Shown: positions 1 to 8,621, counted from the first letter of the stretch. The stretch: DNA of 32,000 nucleotides from Bellilinea caldifistulae (GCF_001306055.1 NZ_LGHJ01000017.1:180001-212000), one strand, 5' to 3'. The notes: a model not told the origin generated them from the letters alone. Made by a program: numbers and translations.

Positions 1-1086
1 GGTATCCAGCATTAAACCCGCCAGCGTGGGTGAAAAGACGCGTGTAAGGCTCTCCAGTGATGCCGATAACCCCAGCGTACCACCCACCTCCAACGGGGTA
101 ACCGATTTGCTGATGGCGCTGTTGATGACCGTGTTCAGCACGCCTCCCCCCAGAGCAATGGGAATTAAGTCCAGCAACAGGGTGGGAATGGTGGAGACCA
201 GCGCCCACCCCAGCAAACCGATCGCCATCAACACGGTGGCTGAGAAAATCAGGAACGGCTCGCTGAACCGGCGGGTCAAACGCCCAATCAGGAAGCCCTG
301 CACAAAAGCCGAAAGGAAACCAACATAAGTCAGCAGGTAACCGGTTGTCTGGGCGGTCAGATTCAGCCGCTGCAAGCCCCACAGCGCAAAAATCGTTTGG
401 AAGGTAGAAAACGCGATCGCAAAGAAGAAACGAGTATGCAGCAGAGGCCCTACCACTGGCTTACGCAGGGTGGAAAGCAAGGCTTGCAAGGTAAACGGCG
501 GACGTTTGCCCCGTGCCATAGTCGCACGGCGTTCAGCCGTCAGTGATTCGGGCAGCCAGAAAAACACCATCACGAAGTTGACTGCCGAAAGCACGGCGGC
601 AGCAAATGAAGGCACCGCAAAGCCAAACCGGCTGAGCAATCCGCCGATGGCCGGGCCGAGAATGAAACCCAGTCCAAAAGCCGCCCCAATCAACCCCAGC
701 CCACGGGCGCGGTTGCTCTCATCGGTCACATCGGTAATATAGGCCTGGGCTACACTGATATTACTGCCGATAATCCCCGCCAGGATGCGGGCAGCGAAAA
801 GCATCCACAGGTTAGCTGCCAGCCCCAGCAGAACAAAGCTGAGGATATTCCCCGCCAGACTGATCAATAAAACCGGACGGCGTCCAAACCGATCCGAAAG
901 GCGGCCAAAAATCGGGGCTGCCAGGAATTGCGCCAGCGCGTAAACCGCCACCAGCAAGCCAATTTCAAAAGAACTGGCATTGAACTGCTTGGCATAGTAA
1001 GGAAGCAGGGGCAAAATCAGACTGAAACCCAGCAAGTCAATAAAAATGATCACAAATACGGTTGAAAGTGCCTTGTTCTTGAACAT
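1..1086 (-). CDS. MFS transporter (drug/H+ antiporter-like); C-terminal end lies beyond the left window edge
   Basis: Absent from the ORF track because it has no in-window stop. The reverse-strand ATG at 1086 sits 6 nt after AAGGAG (rc of 1093-1098). It reads MFKNKALSTVFVIIFIDLLGFSLILPLLPYYAKQFNASSFEIGLLVAVYALAQFLAAPIFGRLSDRFGRRPVLLISLAGN..., the first TM helices of an MFS protein with motif A (G-x-L-S-D-R-x-G-R-R). About 100 codons were hand-translated without a stop; 1086 nt = 362 codons to position 1. Track ORFs 26..328(+) and 470..742(+) are antisense shadows. Confidence 0.85.
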   Translation of the reverse strand, partial: MFKNKALSTVFVIIFIDLLGFSLILPLLPYYAKQFNASSFEIGLLVAVYALAQFLAAPIFGRLSDRFGRRPVLLISLAGNILSFVLLGLAANLWMLFAARILAGIIGSNISVAQAYITDVTDESNRARGLGLIGAAFGLGFILGPAIGGLLSRFGFAVPSFAAAVLSAVNFVMVFFWLPESLTAERRATMARGKRPPFTLQALLSTLRKPVVGPLLHTRFFFAIAFSTFQTIFALWGLQRLNLTAQTTGYLLTYVGFLSAFVQGFLIGRLTRRFSEPFLIFSATVLMAIGLLGWALVSTIPTLLLDLIPIALGGGVLNTVINSAISKSVTPLEVGGTLGLSASLESLTRVFSPTLAGLMLDT

Positions 1087-1109
1087 AAAAAACTCCTTGC
1101 TACAAAATT

Positions 1110-1132
1110 GCGCCTGATTTGAAATCAGGCGC
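1110..1132 (-). terminator. Intrinsic terminator candidate after the first MerR/B12 regulator gene
   Basis: Arms GCGCCTGATTT (1110-1120) and AAATCAGGCGC (1122-1132). On the reverse strand the hairpin is followed by AAUUUUGUA. It lies 35 nt past the stop at 1167. Confidence 0.6.
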
Positions 1133-1166
1133 GTGTTAAACCAAAATGAAAAAGTGCCGTTTCAGA

Positions 1167-2150
1167 TTAATCACCGACCATTAATTGCTCAATGCGCGCC
1201 ACAATTTCGGCCGGCGTACCGTTGAGATAGACCGCCGGAATTTCCTCCGGCAGCTGATGATCCAGAAAAGCCCGGCCGCCCAGCACCACGATTGGCTGCG
1301 GATCGGGGAATTGTTTTAGGATGTGGGGCAACTGGCTCAATTGAACTGCCGAATCCCTGCGTGTGGCGGTGAACAACAAAAGACGCGGTCTGAGTGGGAG
1401 CAACGCCTCTTCAAGGCGATCTAACGGTAGATCCTGCCCAAAGTACTTGACATCCCACCCGCGCCAGCGCAACATCACGACCAGCATGAGCAAGCCAATC
1501 TGGTGCAGTTCCCCCGGGGCGCAGGCGGCAACTATCACACCCGGGCGAGCCGGCGGCGCAGAAGCCGAGAGCATACTCATCAGGTACTGCATACAGAACT
1601 GAGTGGCATAATGCTCCACCGCAATCGGCAATTCGCCGCGGTGCCAGCGTTCTCCCAATTCAACCAGCACCGGGGTAATGATGTGCACCAGCACCTGATC
1701 CACCGAATACAACGAGAACGAACGCCGTAAAATTTCTGTGGCAGACTCCTCGTTGAAATTGATTAAGGCATTCAAAAACTGGTGGGAAAGCGCCTCCAAA
1801 GAGGCCGAGCGCTCCGGCTGAACGACCGTCTGCTCGGCGAGAGGGTCTTTCCCCATTGCACGCAATTCATTGAGGTACTCGACCGCCCGTCCAATGCTCA
1901 TGCCAGCATCCACGTGGCGCTTCAACCATTGCAACAGGCGCAGATCATATTCCGAGTACAGGCGGTAACCCTGATCACCCCGCGAAGGGCGTGGCAAACC
2001 GTAGCGCCGTTCCCAGGCGCGTAAGGTTACCGGCAGCAAGCCCACCAGCCGCGAAACCGCTTTGATGTTATACACCGGGACATGATGAGGATTTACCAGC
2101 GCCGGATCATCCATTCCATAATTTACCTTTTCTTTTTCCACAATCTTCAC
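1167..2150 (-). CDS. MerR-family transcriptional regulator with B12-binding domain (CarH/LitR-type light-responsive repressor candidate), paralog 1
   Basis: N-terminal MerR HTH (YNIKAVSRLVGLLPVTLRAWERRYGLP...YRLYSEYDL). This is followed by W-x9-E-H (ERWHRGELPIAVEH) and, 35 residues on, the cobalamin motif E-x-H-x-x-G (GELHQIG), with a later GG element (VVLGGRAF). The track start at 2150 is a GTG. GTG at 2141 (5 nt after AGGTGA) or ATG at 2114 are alternative starts. Confidence 0.85.
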   Translation of the reverse strand: MKIVEKEKVNYGMDDPALVNPHHVPVYNIKAVSRLVGLLPVTLRAWERRYGLPRPSRGDQGYRLYSEYDLRLLQWLKRHVDAGMSIGRAVEYLNELRAMGKDPLAEQTVVQPERSASLEALSHQFLNALINFNEESATEILRRSFSLYSVDQVLVHIITPVLVELGERWHRGELPIAVEHYATQFCMQYLMSMLSASAPPARPGVIVAACAPGELHQIGLLMLVVMLRWRGWDVKYFGQDLPLDRLEEALLPLRPRLLLFTATRRDSAVQLSQLPHILKQFPDPQPIVVLGGRAFLDHQLPEEIPAVYLNGTPAEIVARIEQLMVGD

Positions 2151-2161
2151 CTAATTTATCT

Positions 2162-2211
2162 ATAATAATGAAACGGGCTGGAATTTACAATATCGGTTCA
2201 AGGTTTGTACA
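2162..2211 (-). promoter_or_regulatory. Promoter plus operator-like TGTACA/TTTACA motifs upstream of paralog 1
   Basis: The reverse strand reads TTGTAA (2190-2185), a 17-nt spacer, then TATTAT (2167-2162). Plus-strand hexamers TTTACA (2184-2189) and TGTACA (2206-2211) are 22 bp apart. The 13-mer CAAGGTTTGTACA (2199-2211) recurs exactly at 3315-3327. Confidence 0.4.
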
Positions 2212-2232
2212 ACCTCTCGGCAGCGCTTTACC

Positions 2233-3222
2233 TCAGGCGGTTTCGGCAACTGGGCTGCGCGAGGTGACCTTGCGGCTGTGGGAAAGCAGTTCGCCTACTT
2301 TTTCGACCGCCTGCTCAAGCGTCTCGCCGAGGAAAATACCGGCTATTTGTTTTCTCAATTCCGGTTTGAAGTTAAATGCACTGCCGCCGTAGCCAAACAG
2401 GGGTGTTGGGCGCAACCGGTTGACCTTTTCCTGCATCCGTCTCATTTCCAACGCAGCCGATTCCATGCTGGCGCTGAGGATGATCATGTTCGGTTTTTCG
2501 AATCGGGCATAATCCACCAGATCATCCAGCGGAATATCCGGCCCAAGATACTCGACCCGATAACCCTCGCTTCGCAGCAGCACCGCCATCATCAGCGCAC
2601 CGATTTCATGTTGTTCGGTGGGTGCGCCGCCAATCAGCAGATGGGGAGCCCCGCGCCGGCTGGGATAGGACTGCAACAAAGTAAGCAATTTACCCCGCAG
2701 ATAAGAACTGGCAAAGTGCTCGGTGGTAATACGGATGTCACCGCGGTACCAGGCTTCACCAATTTCAACCAGGGCAGGCCCAAAAATTTGGGTACAGACC
2801 GTCATAATATCATACCCCGCCAGTACTTCTTTGACGATTTCTCCGCTACGCGCTTCGTCATGCTTGATTAAAGCTTTGTACAACTGCTCGGCGTAGACTT
2901 CCGGCGGGGTTTCCGGACGGACCCGCTCAATTGTCGGCATAGCCGGTACGGCTTCCGGCCACACTCCATTGCGGGTCATGCTGCGCAGTTCAGTAATCGC
3001 ATTACTGATCGAGACACCTTCATCAATCCGTTTTTTCAACCAGCGCAAAATGGCCACATCCCGGTCAGAATACAAGCGATAGCGGTTATCGGAACGGTGC
3101 GGGGTGAGCACCTCGTGCCGCCGTTCCCATGCTCTCAATGTAACCGGGCGAATGCCGGTTTGGGCAGCCACTGCTTTGATCGTGTATTTTGGGTCATCGG
3201 GGAAATCGGTTATGGTTTTCAT
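2233..3222 (-). CDS. MerR-family transcriptional regulator with B12-binding domain (CarH/LitR-type), paralog 2
   Basis: MerR HTH (YTIKAVAAQTGIRPVTLRAWERRHEVL...YRLYSDRDV), W-x9-E-H (EAWYRGDIRITTEH), then E-x-H-x-x-G (TEQHEIG) 35 residues later, and a GG element (FGYGGSAF). ATG start at 3222. Confidence 0.85.
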   Translation of the reverse strand: MKTITDFPDDPKYTIKAVAAQTGIRPVTLRAWERRHEVLTPHRSDNRYRLYSDRDVAILRWLKKRIDEGVSISNAITELRSMTRNGVWPEAVPAMPTIERVRPETPPEVYAEQLYKALIKHDEARSGEIVKEVLAGYDIMTVCTQIFGPALVEIGEAWYRGDIRITTEHFASSYLRGKLLTLLQSYPSRRGAPHLLIGGAPTEQHEIGALMMAVLLRSEGYRVEYLGPDIPLDDLVDYARFEKPNMIILSASMESAALEMRRMQEKVNRLRPTPLFGYGGSAFNFKPELRKQIAGIFLGETLEQAVEKVGELLSHSRKVTSRSPVAETA

Positions 3223-3274
3223 GCCAGCGTCCTTTCATGTGGGGATTACTCAGGCCGTGTTCGAGTCGTAAAGT

Positions 3275-3340
3275 TGTACTAACCTTGTACACACTAATAA
3301 TATAGCAGGTTTTACAAGGTTTGTACAGTACCCTTGTACA
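3275..3340 (-). promoter_or_regulatory. Promoter plus operator-like TGTACA array upstream of paralog 2
   Basis: Hexamers TGTACT 3275, TGTACA 3286, TTTACA 3311, TGTACA 3322 and TGTACA 3335, with spacings 11, 25, 11 and 13 bp. The reverse strand reads TGTACA (3327-3322), 17 nt, then TATATT (3304-3299), so a motif copy occupies the -35 position. AACCTTGTACA (3281-3291) and TTTACAAGGTT (3311-3321) form an imperfect inverted repeat. Confidence 0.4.
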
Positions 3341-3363
3341 ATTCTAATACAACTCTTAACTTT

Positions 3364-4698
3364 TTATATTTTTTGCAGACGCATGGGCAAGCCATGATGC
3401 GGACGAAGAGTTACCAGCGGATCGGCCTGAACCGCACCTTCGACGGCCAGTTTCAGGCGGTAGCGTTGGGTAATCCCCGCCAGAATTAAGACCCCTTCAA
3501 TCATGGCAAAATTATTCCCGATACAAAGCCGTGGGCCGCCCCCAAAAGGGATATAAGCAAAACGGGGAATCGAGCGCTCCCGCCCACCGGTAAAACGCTG
3601 CGGTAAAAATTCCTCGGCATCCTCCCAATACTGTGGATGACGATGTATCACATACGGACTGATCACAATCAATGCACCTGCCGGGATCTTGTAACCGTTC
3701 AACTCATCTTCACCCAGAGCCTTGCGGGTAATCAACCAGGCTGGCGGATAGAGACGTAACGCCTCCGAAAAAACTGCCGCGGTAAACGGTAACCGTTCCA
3801 GATCAGGATAACAGGGAAGGCGGTCATCAGGAAGTCGGGAAACCTCCTCCCGCATTTCCTCCCATACCTCCGGATGTTGAGCCAGCAGATACCACGACCA
3901 TGTCAGCGCGCTGGCCACTGTTTCGTGTCCGGCAATCAGCAGGGTAATGATTTCATCCCGAATTTGTTGATCGGTCAACCGTGAGCCACCGCTTTCCGCA
4001 TCTCGCGCATCCATCAGCATCCCCAGCAAATCATCTCGTTTTTCGCCGCTACGTCGCCGGCTTTCTAAAATTTCATAAACCGCCCGATCCAGTTGGCGCA
4101 ATGCTTTGCGGAAAGAAAGATTTTGCGGAATCGGCAGCCAGTCCGGCGGAGCAAACGGGTTCTGCGCCCGGTAGATGACGTGGTCGAGCGCCGTCAGCAC
4201 GGCTTGTGTCAAACGGGGTGCGTCTGTGCGCAGGTCAATTGAAAAGAGCGCCTGCCCGACAATCTCCAGCGTGACCGCCATCATCTCGCGGTCAATATCT
4301 ACCACCGCATCCTCAGGCTGCTGCCCCCAGCGTACCAGCATGGCTTCGAGCGCCGGCGCAATCACCTGATCCAAAGCGGCCAGACGCGAACGAGAAAAAG
4401 CGGGTTGTTCCATCCGGCGGTGGCGCAGCCATTCCTCTCCATCACTGGTCAGCAATCCCCTGCCGGTGATCGTGGCCAATGTGTTATATTGAATCGTGTC
4501 CTTGGAGTAGTTATGGTGATTATCCTGCAGCACCCGGCGAATCAAATCGGGATGGTTGATGAAAAACACTCTGGTGCCGCCAACCGCAAATTCGACCAGA
4601 TCACCGTAACGCCGGGAACATTCCAAAAGGAAGCCCGGCGTATCTTTGCGAATTTTTGATAGATGAGGAAGTAAATCTTTGCCGCTGAGAATTTGCAC
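3364..4698 (-). CDS. Cytochrome P450 monooxygenase
   Basis: Heme-thiolate loop FGGGPRLCIGNNFA, I-helix AGHETVA and K-helix E-x-x-R (EALR); 444 aa. GTG start 6 nt after AGAGG and only 9 nt after the stop of the upstream lipoprotein gene. Confidence 0.9.
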   Translation of the reverse strand: MQILSGKDLLPHLSKIRKDTPGFLLECSRRYGDLVEFAVGGTRVFFINHPDLIRRVLQDNHHNYSKDTIQYNTLATITGRGLLTSDGEEWLRHRRMEQPAFSRSRLAALDQVIAPALEAMLVRWGQQPEDAVVDIDREMMAVTLEIVGQALFSIDLRTDAPRLTQAVLTALDHVIYRAQNPFAPPDWLPIPQNLSFRKALRQLDRAVYEILESRRRSGEKRDDLLGMLMDARDAESGGSRLTDQQIRDEIITLLIAGHETVASALTWSWYLLAQHPEVWEEMREEVSRLPDDRLPCYPDLERLPFTAAVFSEALRLYPPAWLITRKALGEDELNGYKIPAGALIVISPYVIHRHPQYWEDAEEFLPQRFTGGRERSIPRFAYIPFGGGPRLCIGNNFAMIEGVLILAGITQRYRLKLAVEGAVQADPLVTLRPHHGLPMRLQKI

Positions 4699-4707
4699 GT
4701 TCGACCT

Positions 4708-5652
4708 CTAAGGCGTGGGATTTTCCCAATATCTTACCTGATCCACTTTGATGGTGAACTTTTCTGTATCACGTGCGCCGACAAACACCCCAAAATAACC
4801 CTTGCTGAAAGTGTTATCCCGCGCTTCCCCAACCAGTTCGCCATTGACATACACGATTAATCGGTCACCGATGGCCATCAACCCCAGCCGATTGGTCTGG
4901 TTCGAGCCAACCTTAACGGCCGATTTGGCGGTCCAGGGGATGAGGTTGAACATCTCGCCCTTTGCTCCAACGGTGGCGTCCCAACGGCGTAAAGAAACTT
5001 TTCCATCGCAGGTCAATCCCACCAGATAACCCCGGTCGGGATTGCGGCTTTCCGGCACACGCACAATCATCCCGTAACGGTCATTTGCGGCGCACTCACC
5101 GGTCTGAAAGGTCATTTCCAGGTAGAAATTGGTCAGTTCCGGCCAGGTCAACCGCCAGCCGTCGGTGGTGGTCAGTCCGGTCAACAACATCACCCCGTCT
5201 CTAAAGGAGATCTCGGTGAATTTGTCGGTGCCTGTTGGCCAGTTATCATCCTTATCCATGTTATCCGTCCAGCTGGCCGGCCCTAAACGCGCCACCGGAT
5301 CGTTGGGTGAGGGCGTGAAAGCAATGGTCGCCGTTGGCTGCGGGGTTGGGCTGGGCGGAGGTGTTTCAGTCGGGGTAACCGTCGGTTGCTCAACCGCTTG
5401 GGTTGGCGAGGGAATCACCTCGGTTGGCGGGGTGGTTTCAGTCGGGAGGGGGGGAGTCTCGGTTGGCGGTATGGTCGGAAGCGGCTGAGTTGGCTGCCCT
5501 TCCGCTTCTCCGGTTGCAGTCGGCATGGTGGTCAAAATCGCCGCCACCTGCGTGGCAATTGTATCCTCATCCGGAGTCGGCATGGGCTGAAACAGTCCGC
5601 CACAACCGGCCAGTAACAACATTGCAAAGAGGGCAGCAATCAACTTTTTCAT
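4708..5652 (-). CDS. Secreted lipoprotein with Pro/Thr-rich linker and a C-terminal concanavalin-like (LamG/DUF1080-type) beta-sandwich domain
   Basis: Signal peptide plus lipobox (MKKLIAALFAMLLLAGC), then about 100 aa of PT(E) linker. The C-terminal ~190 aa (...YLEMTFQ...YGMIVRV...VYVNGELVGEARDN...GYFGVFVG...) has the strand pattern of ConA-like lectin/glucanase domains. The domain call is pattern-based only. Confidence 0.65.
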   Translation of the reverse strand: MKKLIAALFAMLLLAGCGGLFQPMPTPDEDTIATQVAAILTTMPTATGEAEGQPTQPLPTIPPTETPPLPTETTPPTEVIPSPTQAVEQPTVTPTETPPPSPTPQPTATIAFTPSPNDPVARLGPASWTDNMDKDDNWPTGTDKFTEISFRDGVMLLTGLTTTDGWRLTWPELTNFYLEMTFQTGECAANDRYGMIVRVPESRNPDRGYLVGLTCDGKVSLRRWDATVGAKGEMFNLIPWTAKSAVKVGSNQTNRLGLMAIGDRLIVYVNGELVGEARDNTFSKGYFGVFVGARDTEKFTIKVDQVRYWENPTP

Positions 5653-5685
5653 TTTTGTTCAATCCTTCCCATTCGAAATTGGCGT

Positions 5686-5714
5686 TTCAAGACAGGCTCA
5701 AGACGTAGTTCAAG
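5686..5714 (-). promoter_or_regulatory. Three phased direct repeats (TCAAGAC / TCAAGAC / TCAAGCT) upstream of the lipoprotein-P450 unit
   Basis: TCAAG pentamers start at 5687, 5698 and 5710 (11 and 12 bp apart). On the reverse strand this reads CTTGAA-N6-CTTGAG-N5-CTTGAA, 35-62 nt upstream of the ATG at 5652. Confidence 0.25.
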
Positions 5715-5746
5715 CTGCAGGGGTTCCCTGCCTGCCTTACCCCGTC

Positions 5747-6235
5747 TCAGCCGGCCTTGTAGCCAATCTGGCGCAGGAAGTTCTTCCGCCAGGCAATGTC
5801 TTCGGCGCCTTCAACACCCTTGGGGCTGTAACCGTCAATCACGCCCAGAATGCCGCGTCCCTGCTCACTTTGAGCAACGATCACCTGAGTCGGATTAGCG
5901 GTTGCGCAAAAAATTCGGCAAACCTCCGGCACATTGCGCAGCGCATTCAGCACATTGATCGGGTAAAATCCGTTGCCGAGGAAGAGAATAAACGAATGTC
6001 CGGCGCCAATTTTCTGGGCGTTCTTCTGCGCCAGTTCAATCATCTGTTCATCGGTTCCACTCCAGCGAATCAGGCATTTGCCGGAGGCTTCGCAAAAGGC
6101 CAATCCAAAGCGGATGCCCGGCACGGTGCTGACCAGCGCTTCGTGAATGTCCTCCACCGTCTTGATGAAGTGCGACTGTCCCAACACAAAATTGATCTCT
6201 TCCGGTTTTTCAATGCTGACCAATTCCAATTCCAT
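5747..6235 (-). CDS. Adenosine-specific kinase family protein (PF04008-like)
   Basis: 162 aa. MELELVSIEKPEEINFVLGQSHFIKTVEDIHEALV...FCEASG...AGHSFILFL...YPINVLNALRNVPEVCRIFCATANP...GILGVIDG matches my memory of this small conserved family. Confidence 0.75.
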   Translation of the reverse strand: MELELVSIEKPEEINFVLGQSHFIKTVEDIHEALVSTVPGIRFGLAFCEASGKCLIRWSGTDEQMIELAQKNAQKIGAGHSFILFLGNGFYPINVLNALRNVPEVCRIFCATANPTQVIVAQSEQGRGILGVIDGYSPKGVEGAEDIAWRKNFLRQIGYKAG

Positions 6236-6349
6236 TGCCCGATCTCCTTTCTGCTTTAATTTTACCCATAAATGGTAGAATTACCGAAGTCAGACAGAGG
6301 AAATCCTGTTGAAATCCAATCCATGAGCAGGTAAGGTCTTTAGGATTTT

Positions 6350-7072
6350 ATGCAAAACGAAACCAACCGCACATACCGTTACTTTGACTGGGTCATGGCT
6401 TTGTTCGTCACTGTGCTGATCATCAGCAACATCGCTTCCTCAGCCAAAATTATAGACTGGGGGGTTTCAATCTTTGGACTGCGTTTAGCCTTCGATGGCG
6501 GTACCATCCTTTTCCCGATCTCGTATATTTTCGGGGATGTCCTGACTGAAGTGTACGGCTTTCGGCGAGCCCGCCGCGTCATCTGGACGGGGTTTGCCAT
6601 GCTGGCGCTGACCGCCTTTGTCCTCTGGCTGGTGCGGATCATGCCCGGCGAAGCCACCTGGCAGGAATATGCCGGCCAGACCGCCTACGAAGCCATTTTG
6701 GGCGGCATCAGCAGCGGCGGGATTGTGCTGGCTTCTCTGGTGGCTTATCTGGCGGGCTCATTCAGTAACTCCATCGTCCTGGCGCGCATGAAAGTCATCA
6801 CACGCGGACGTTTTTTGTGGATGCGTACCATCGGCAGCACACTGGTCGGTGAAGGGGTAGATACGCTGATCTTTATCTTTGTGGCAACGCTGGCGGGAGT
6901 CTTCCCTTGGGAATTATTCGCCACCCTGACTTTGACCAACTACATCTTCAAGGTCGGCATTGAAGCCTTGATGACCCCCATCACTTACCAGATTGTCAAC
7001 GCACTCAAAAAGGCTGAAAACGAGGATTACTTCGACACCCACACCCGCTTTACGCCTTTTGCAGTCAGGTAG
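6350..7072 (+). CDS. yhhQ: Queuosine-precursor transporter (YhhQ/VUT family, DUF165)
   Basis: 240-aa polytopic membrane protein with family-typical motifs (...[24 protein letters not shown]...). AGGA lies 4 nt before the ATG. The 3' end overlaps the convergent rsmI gene by 8 nt. Confidence 0.85.
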   Translation: MQNETNRTYRYFDWVMALFVTVLIISNIASSAKIIDWGVSIFGLRLAFDGGTILFPISYIFGDVLTEVYGFRRARRVIWTGFAMLALTAFVLWLVRIMPGEATWQEYAGQTAYEAILGGISSGGIVLASLVAYLAGSFSNSIVLARMKVITRGRFLWMRTIGSTLVGEGVDTLIFIFVATLAGVFPWELFATLTLTNYIFKVGIEALMTPITYQIVNALKKAENEDYFDTHTRFTPFAVR

Positions 7073-7736
7073 ATTTGCCCGCAATCACCACCACATATTC
7101 CCCGCGGATTGGCTCTTTTTTGAAGATCTCGATCAGTTCGGCTAATGTGCCGCGATATACGGTTTCAAACATCTTGGTCAGGTCGTTGGCAACCGCAGCC
7201 GGGCGGTTGCCATATACCTGCAGCGCATCTGCCAGGAAGGCTTGCAGGCGATAGGGACTTTCGTAAAAAATCAGCGTGTGCGGGCTGTCCTGATCAACAG
7301 CCAAAAAACGCTGGCGCGCCCCGGTTTTGCGCGGTGGAAAACCCCGAAAAGTAAAACTATGCACCGGCAAGCCGGAAAGCACCAGCGCGGCAATCAGGGC
7401 GGTTGGGCCGGGAATGACCGTCAGCGGCAGGTTCTCCTCGATCACCCGGCGCACCAGCAAATAGCCGGGGTCAGAAATGGCCGGCGTGCCGGCATCGGTC
7501 ACCAGCGCCAGCGAACTGCCCTCTTTCAATAATTCCACCAGGCGCGGCAAGGCGCGCTCCTCGTTATCTTCGCGAAAGGAAATCTGCCGCTTGTGAATGC
7601 CAAAATGCTTCAGCAGCAGGCCAGTTTTGCGGGTGTCCTCGCTGACCACATAGTCCACCTGCTGGAGAGTTTCCAGGGCGCGCTGGCTGATATCGCCCAA
7701 ATTGCCAATCGGCGTCGAGACTAAATACAACACCAC
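7065..7736 (-). CDS. rsmI: 16S rRNA (cytidine1402-2'-O)-methyltransferase
   Basis: [15 protein letters not shown]...DYVVSEDTR...[12 protein letters not shown] is the tetrapyrrole-methylase-fold RsmI signature. GTG start. Confidence 0.9.
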   Translation of the reverse strand: MVLYLVSTPIGNLGDISQRALETLQQVDYVVSEDTRKTGLLLKHFGIHKRQISFREDNEERALPRLVELLKEGSSLALVTDAGTPAISDPGYLLVRRVIEENLPLTVIPGPTALIAALVLSGLPVHSFTFRGFPPRKTGARQRFLAVDQDSPHTLIFYESPYRLQAFLADALQVYGNRPAAVANDLTKMFETVYRGTLAELIEIFKKEPIRGEYVVVIAGKST

Positions 7737-7758
7737 GGAAACGCCCCAACTTGCCGGT

Positions 7759-8562
7759 TTATTCGATCACCACCTGGCTCAGGTCTTCTTTGGGCTGGGG
7801 AAATTGCATCTTCAAACCTTTGAGTGCATCCACCAGCACACTGGCAATCACCAGATTGCGGTACCACTTCTTGTTGGACGGGACGATGTACCACGGTGCA
7901 AACTCCGTGCTGGTTTTGTTCAGCACATCTTCATAGGCTTGCATGTAATCGGCCCAACGGGCACGTTCTTTCAGGTCGCCCACGTTGAACTTCCAGTGCT
8001 TGGTGGGGTCGTCCAAACGCGCCTGCAGGCGTTTTTTCTGCTCCTCCGCATCAATGTGCAGGAAAAATTTTAAGATAAGCGTCCCTTCCTCAGCAAGCAT
8101 ACGCTCAAAGTCGTTGATGTGGGCAAAGCGGCGTTTCCAGACTTCCTCCGCCACCAAACCGTGAACCCGCACAACCAGCACATCCTCATAGTGGCTGCGA
8201 TTGAAGATGACGATTTCCCCTTTGGCCGGTGTCTGGCGATGAACGCGCCACAAGTAATCGTGATCCAGTTCCTCCGGGGTTGGTACTTTGAAATTGGCAA
8301 CCCGCACCCCCTGTGGATTCACTCCTTCAAAAACATGACGAATGACCCCATCTTTACCGCTGGTATCCATTCCTTGCAGGACGATCAGAACTTTATGCTT
8401 GTGCTCGGCGTATAACAACTCCTGCAAGGATTCCAGTTCCCGGTTCAATTCCTGCAGCCGTTCTCTGCCCTCGTCTTTGCCGCCATCAAACGAGTCAGTT
8501 TCATCGGGATCCCAATCCTTCAAACGGATCTTCTCTTCCGGTTTTACGCGGTATTTGTCCAT
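7759..8562 (-). CDS. ppk2: Polyphosphate kinase 2 family (single-domain polyphosphate:nucleotide phosphotransferase)
   Basis: 267 aa with P-loop [13 protein letters not shown]...[12 protein letters not shown] and the lid region. TATAAT (rc of 8595-8600) and GGGAGG lie upstream. Confidence 0.9.
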   Translation of the reverse strand: MDKYRVKPEEKIRLKDWDPDETDSFDGGKDEGRERLQELNRELESLQELLYAEHKHKVLIVLQGMDTSGKDGVIRHVFEGVNPQGVRVANFKVPTPEELDHDYLWRVHRQTPAKGEIVIFNRSHYEDVLVVRVHGLVAEEVWKRRFAHINDFERMLAEEGTLILKFFLHIDAEEQKKRLQARLDDPTKHWKFNVGDLKERARWADYMQAYEDVLNKTSTEFAPWYIVPSNKKWYRNLVIASVLVDALKGLKMQFPQPKEDLSQVVIE

Positions 8563-8621
8563 CGCCGCTGCCTCCCAATTGAAATGATGAGTTGATTATA
8601 GCCTCAATCCAGTGGAAAATT

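Noticed and set aside
26-742. Plus-strand ORFs 26..328 and 470..742
   Set aside because: They are antisense shadows of the reverse-strand MFS transporter gene that fills 1..1086. Their translations are low-complexity and Pro/Arg/Ser-rich.
2278-2871. 197-aa plus-strand ORF
   Set aside because: It lies antisense to the second CarH-like regulator, whose family motifs are unambiguous. It has no SD and non-protein-like composition.
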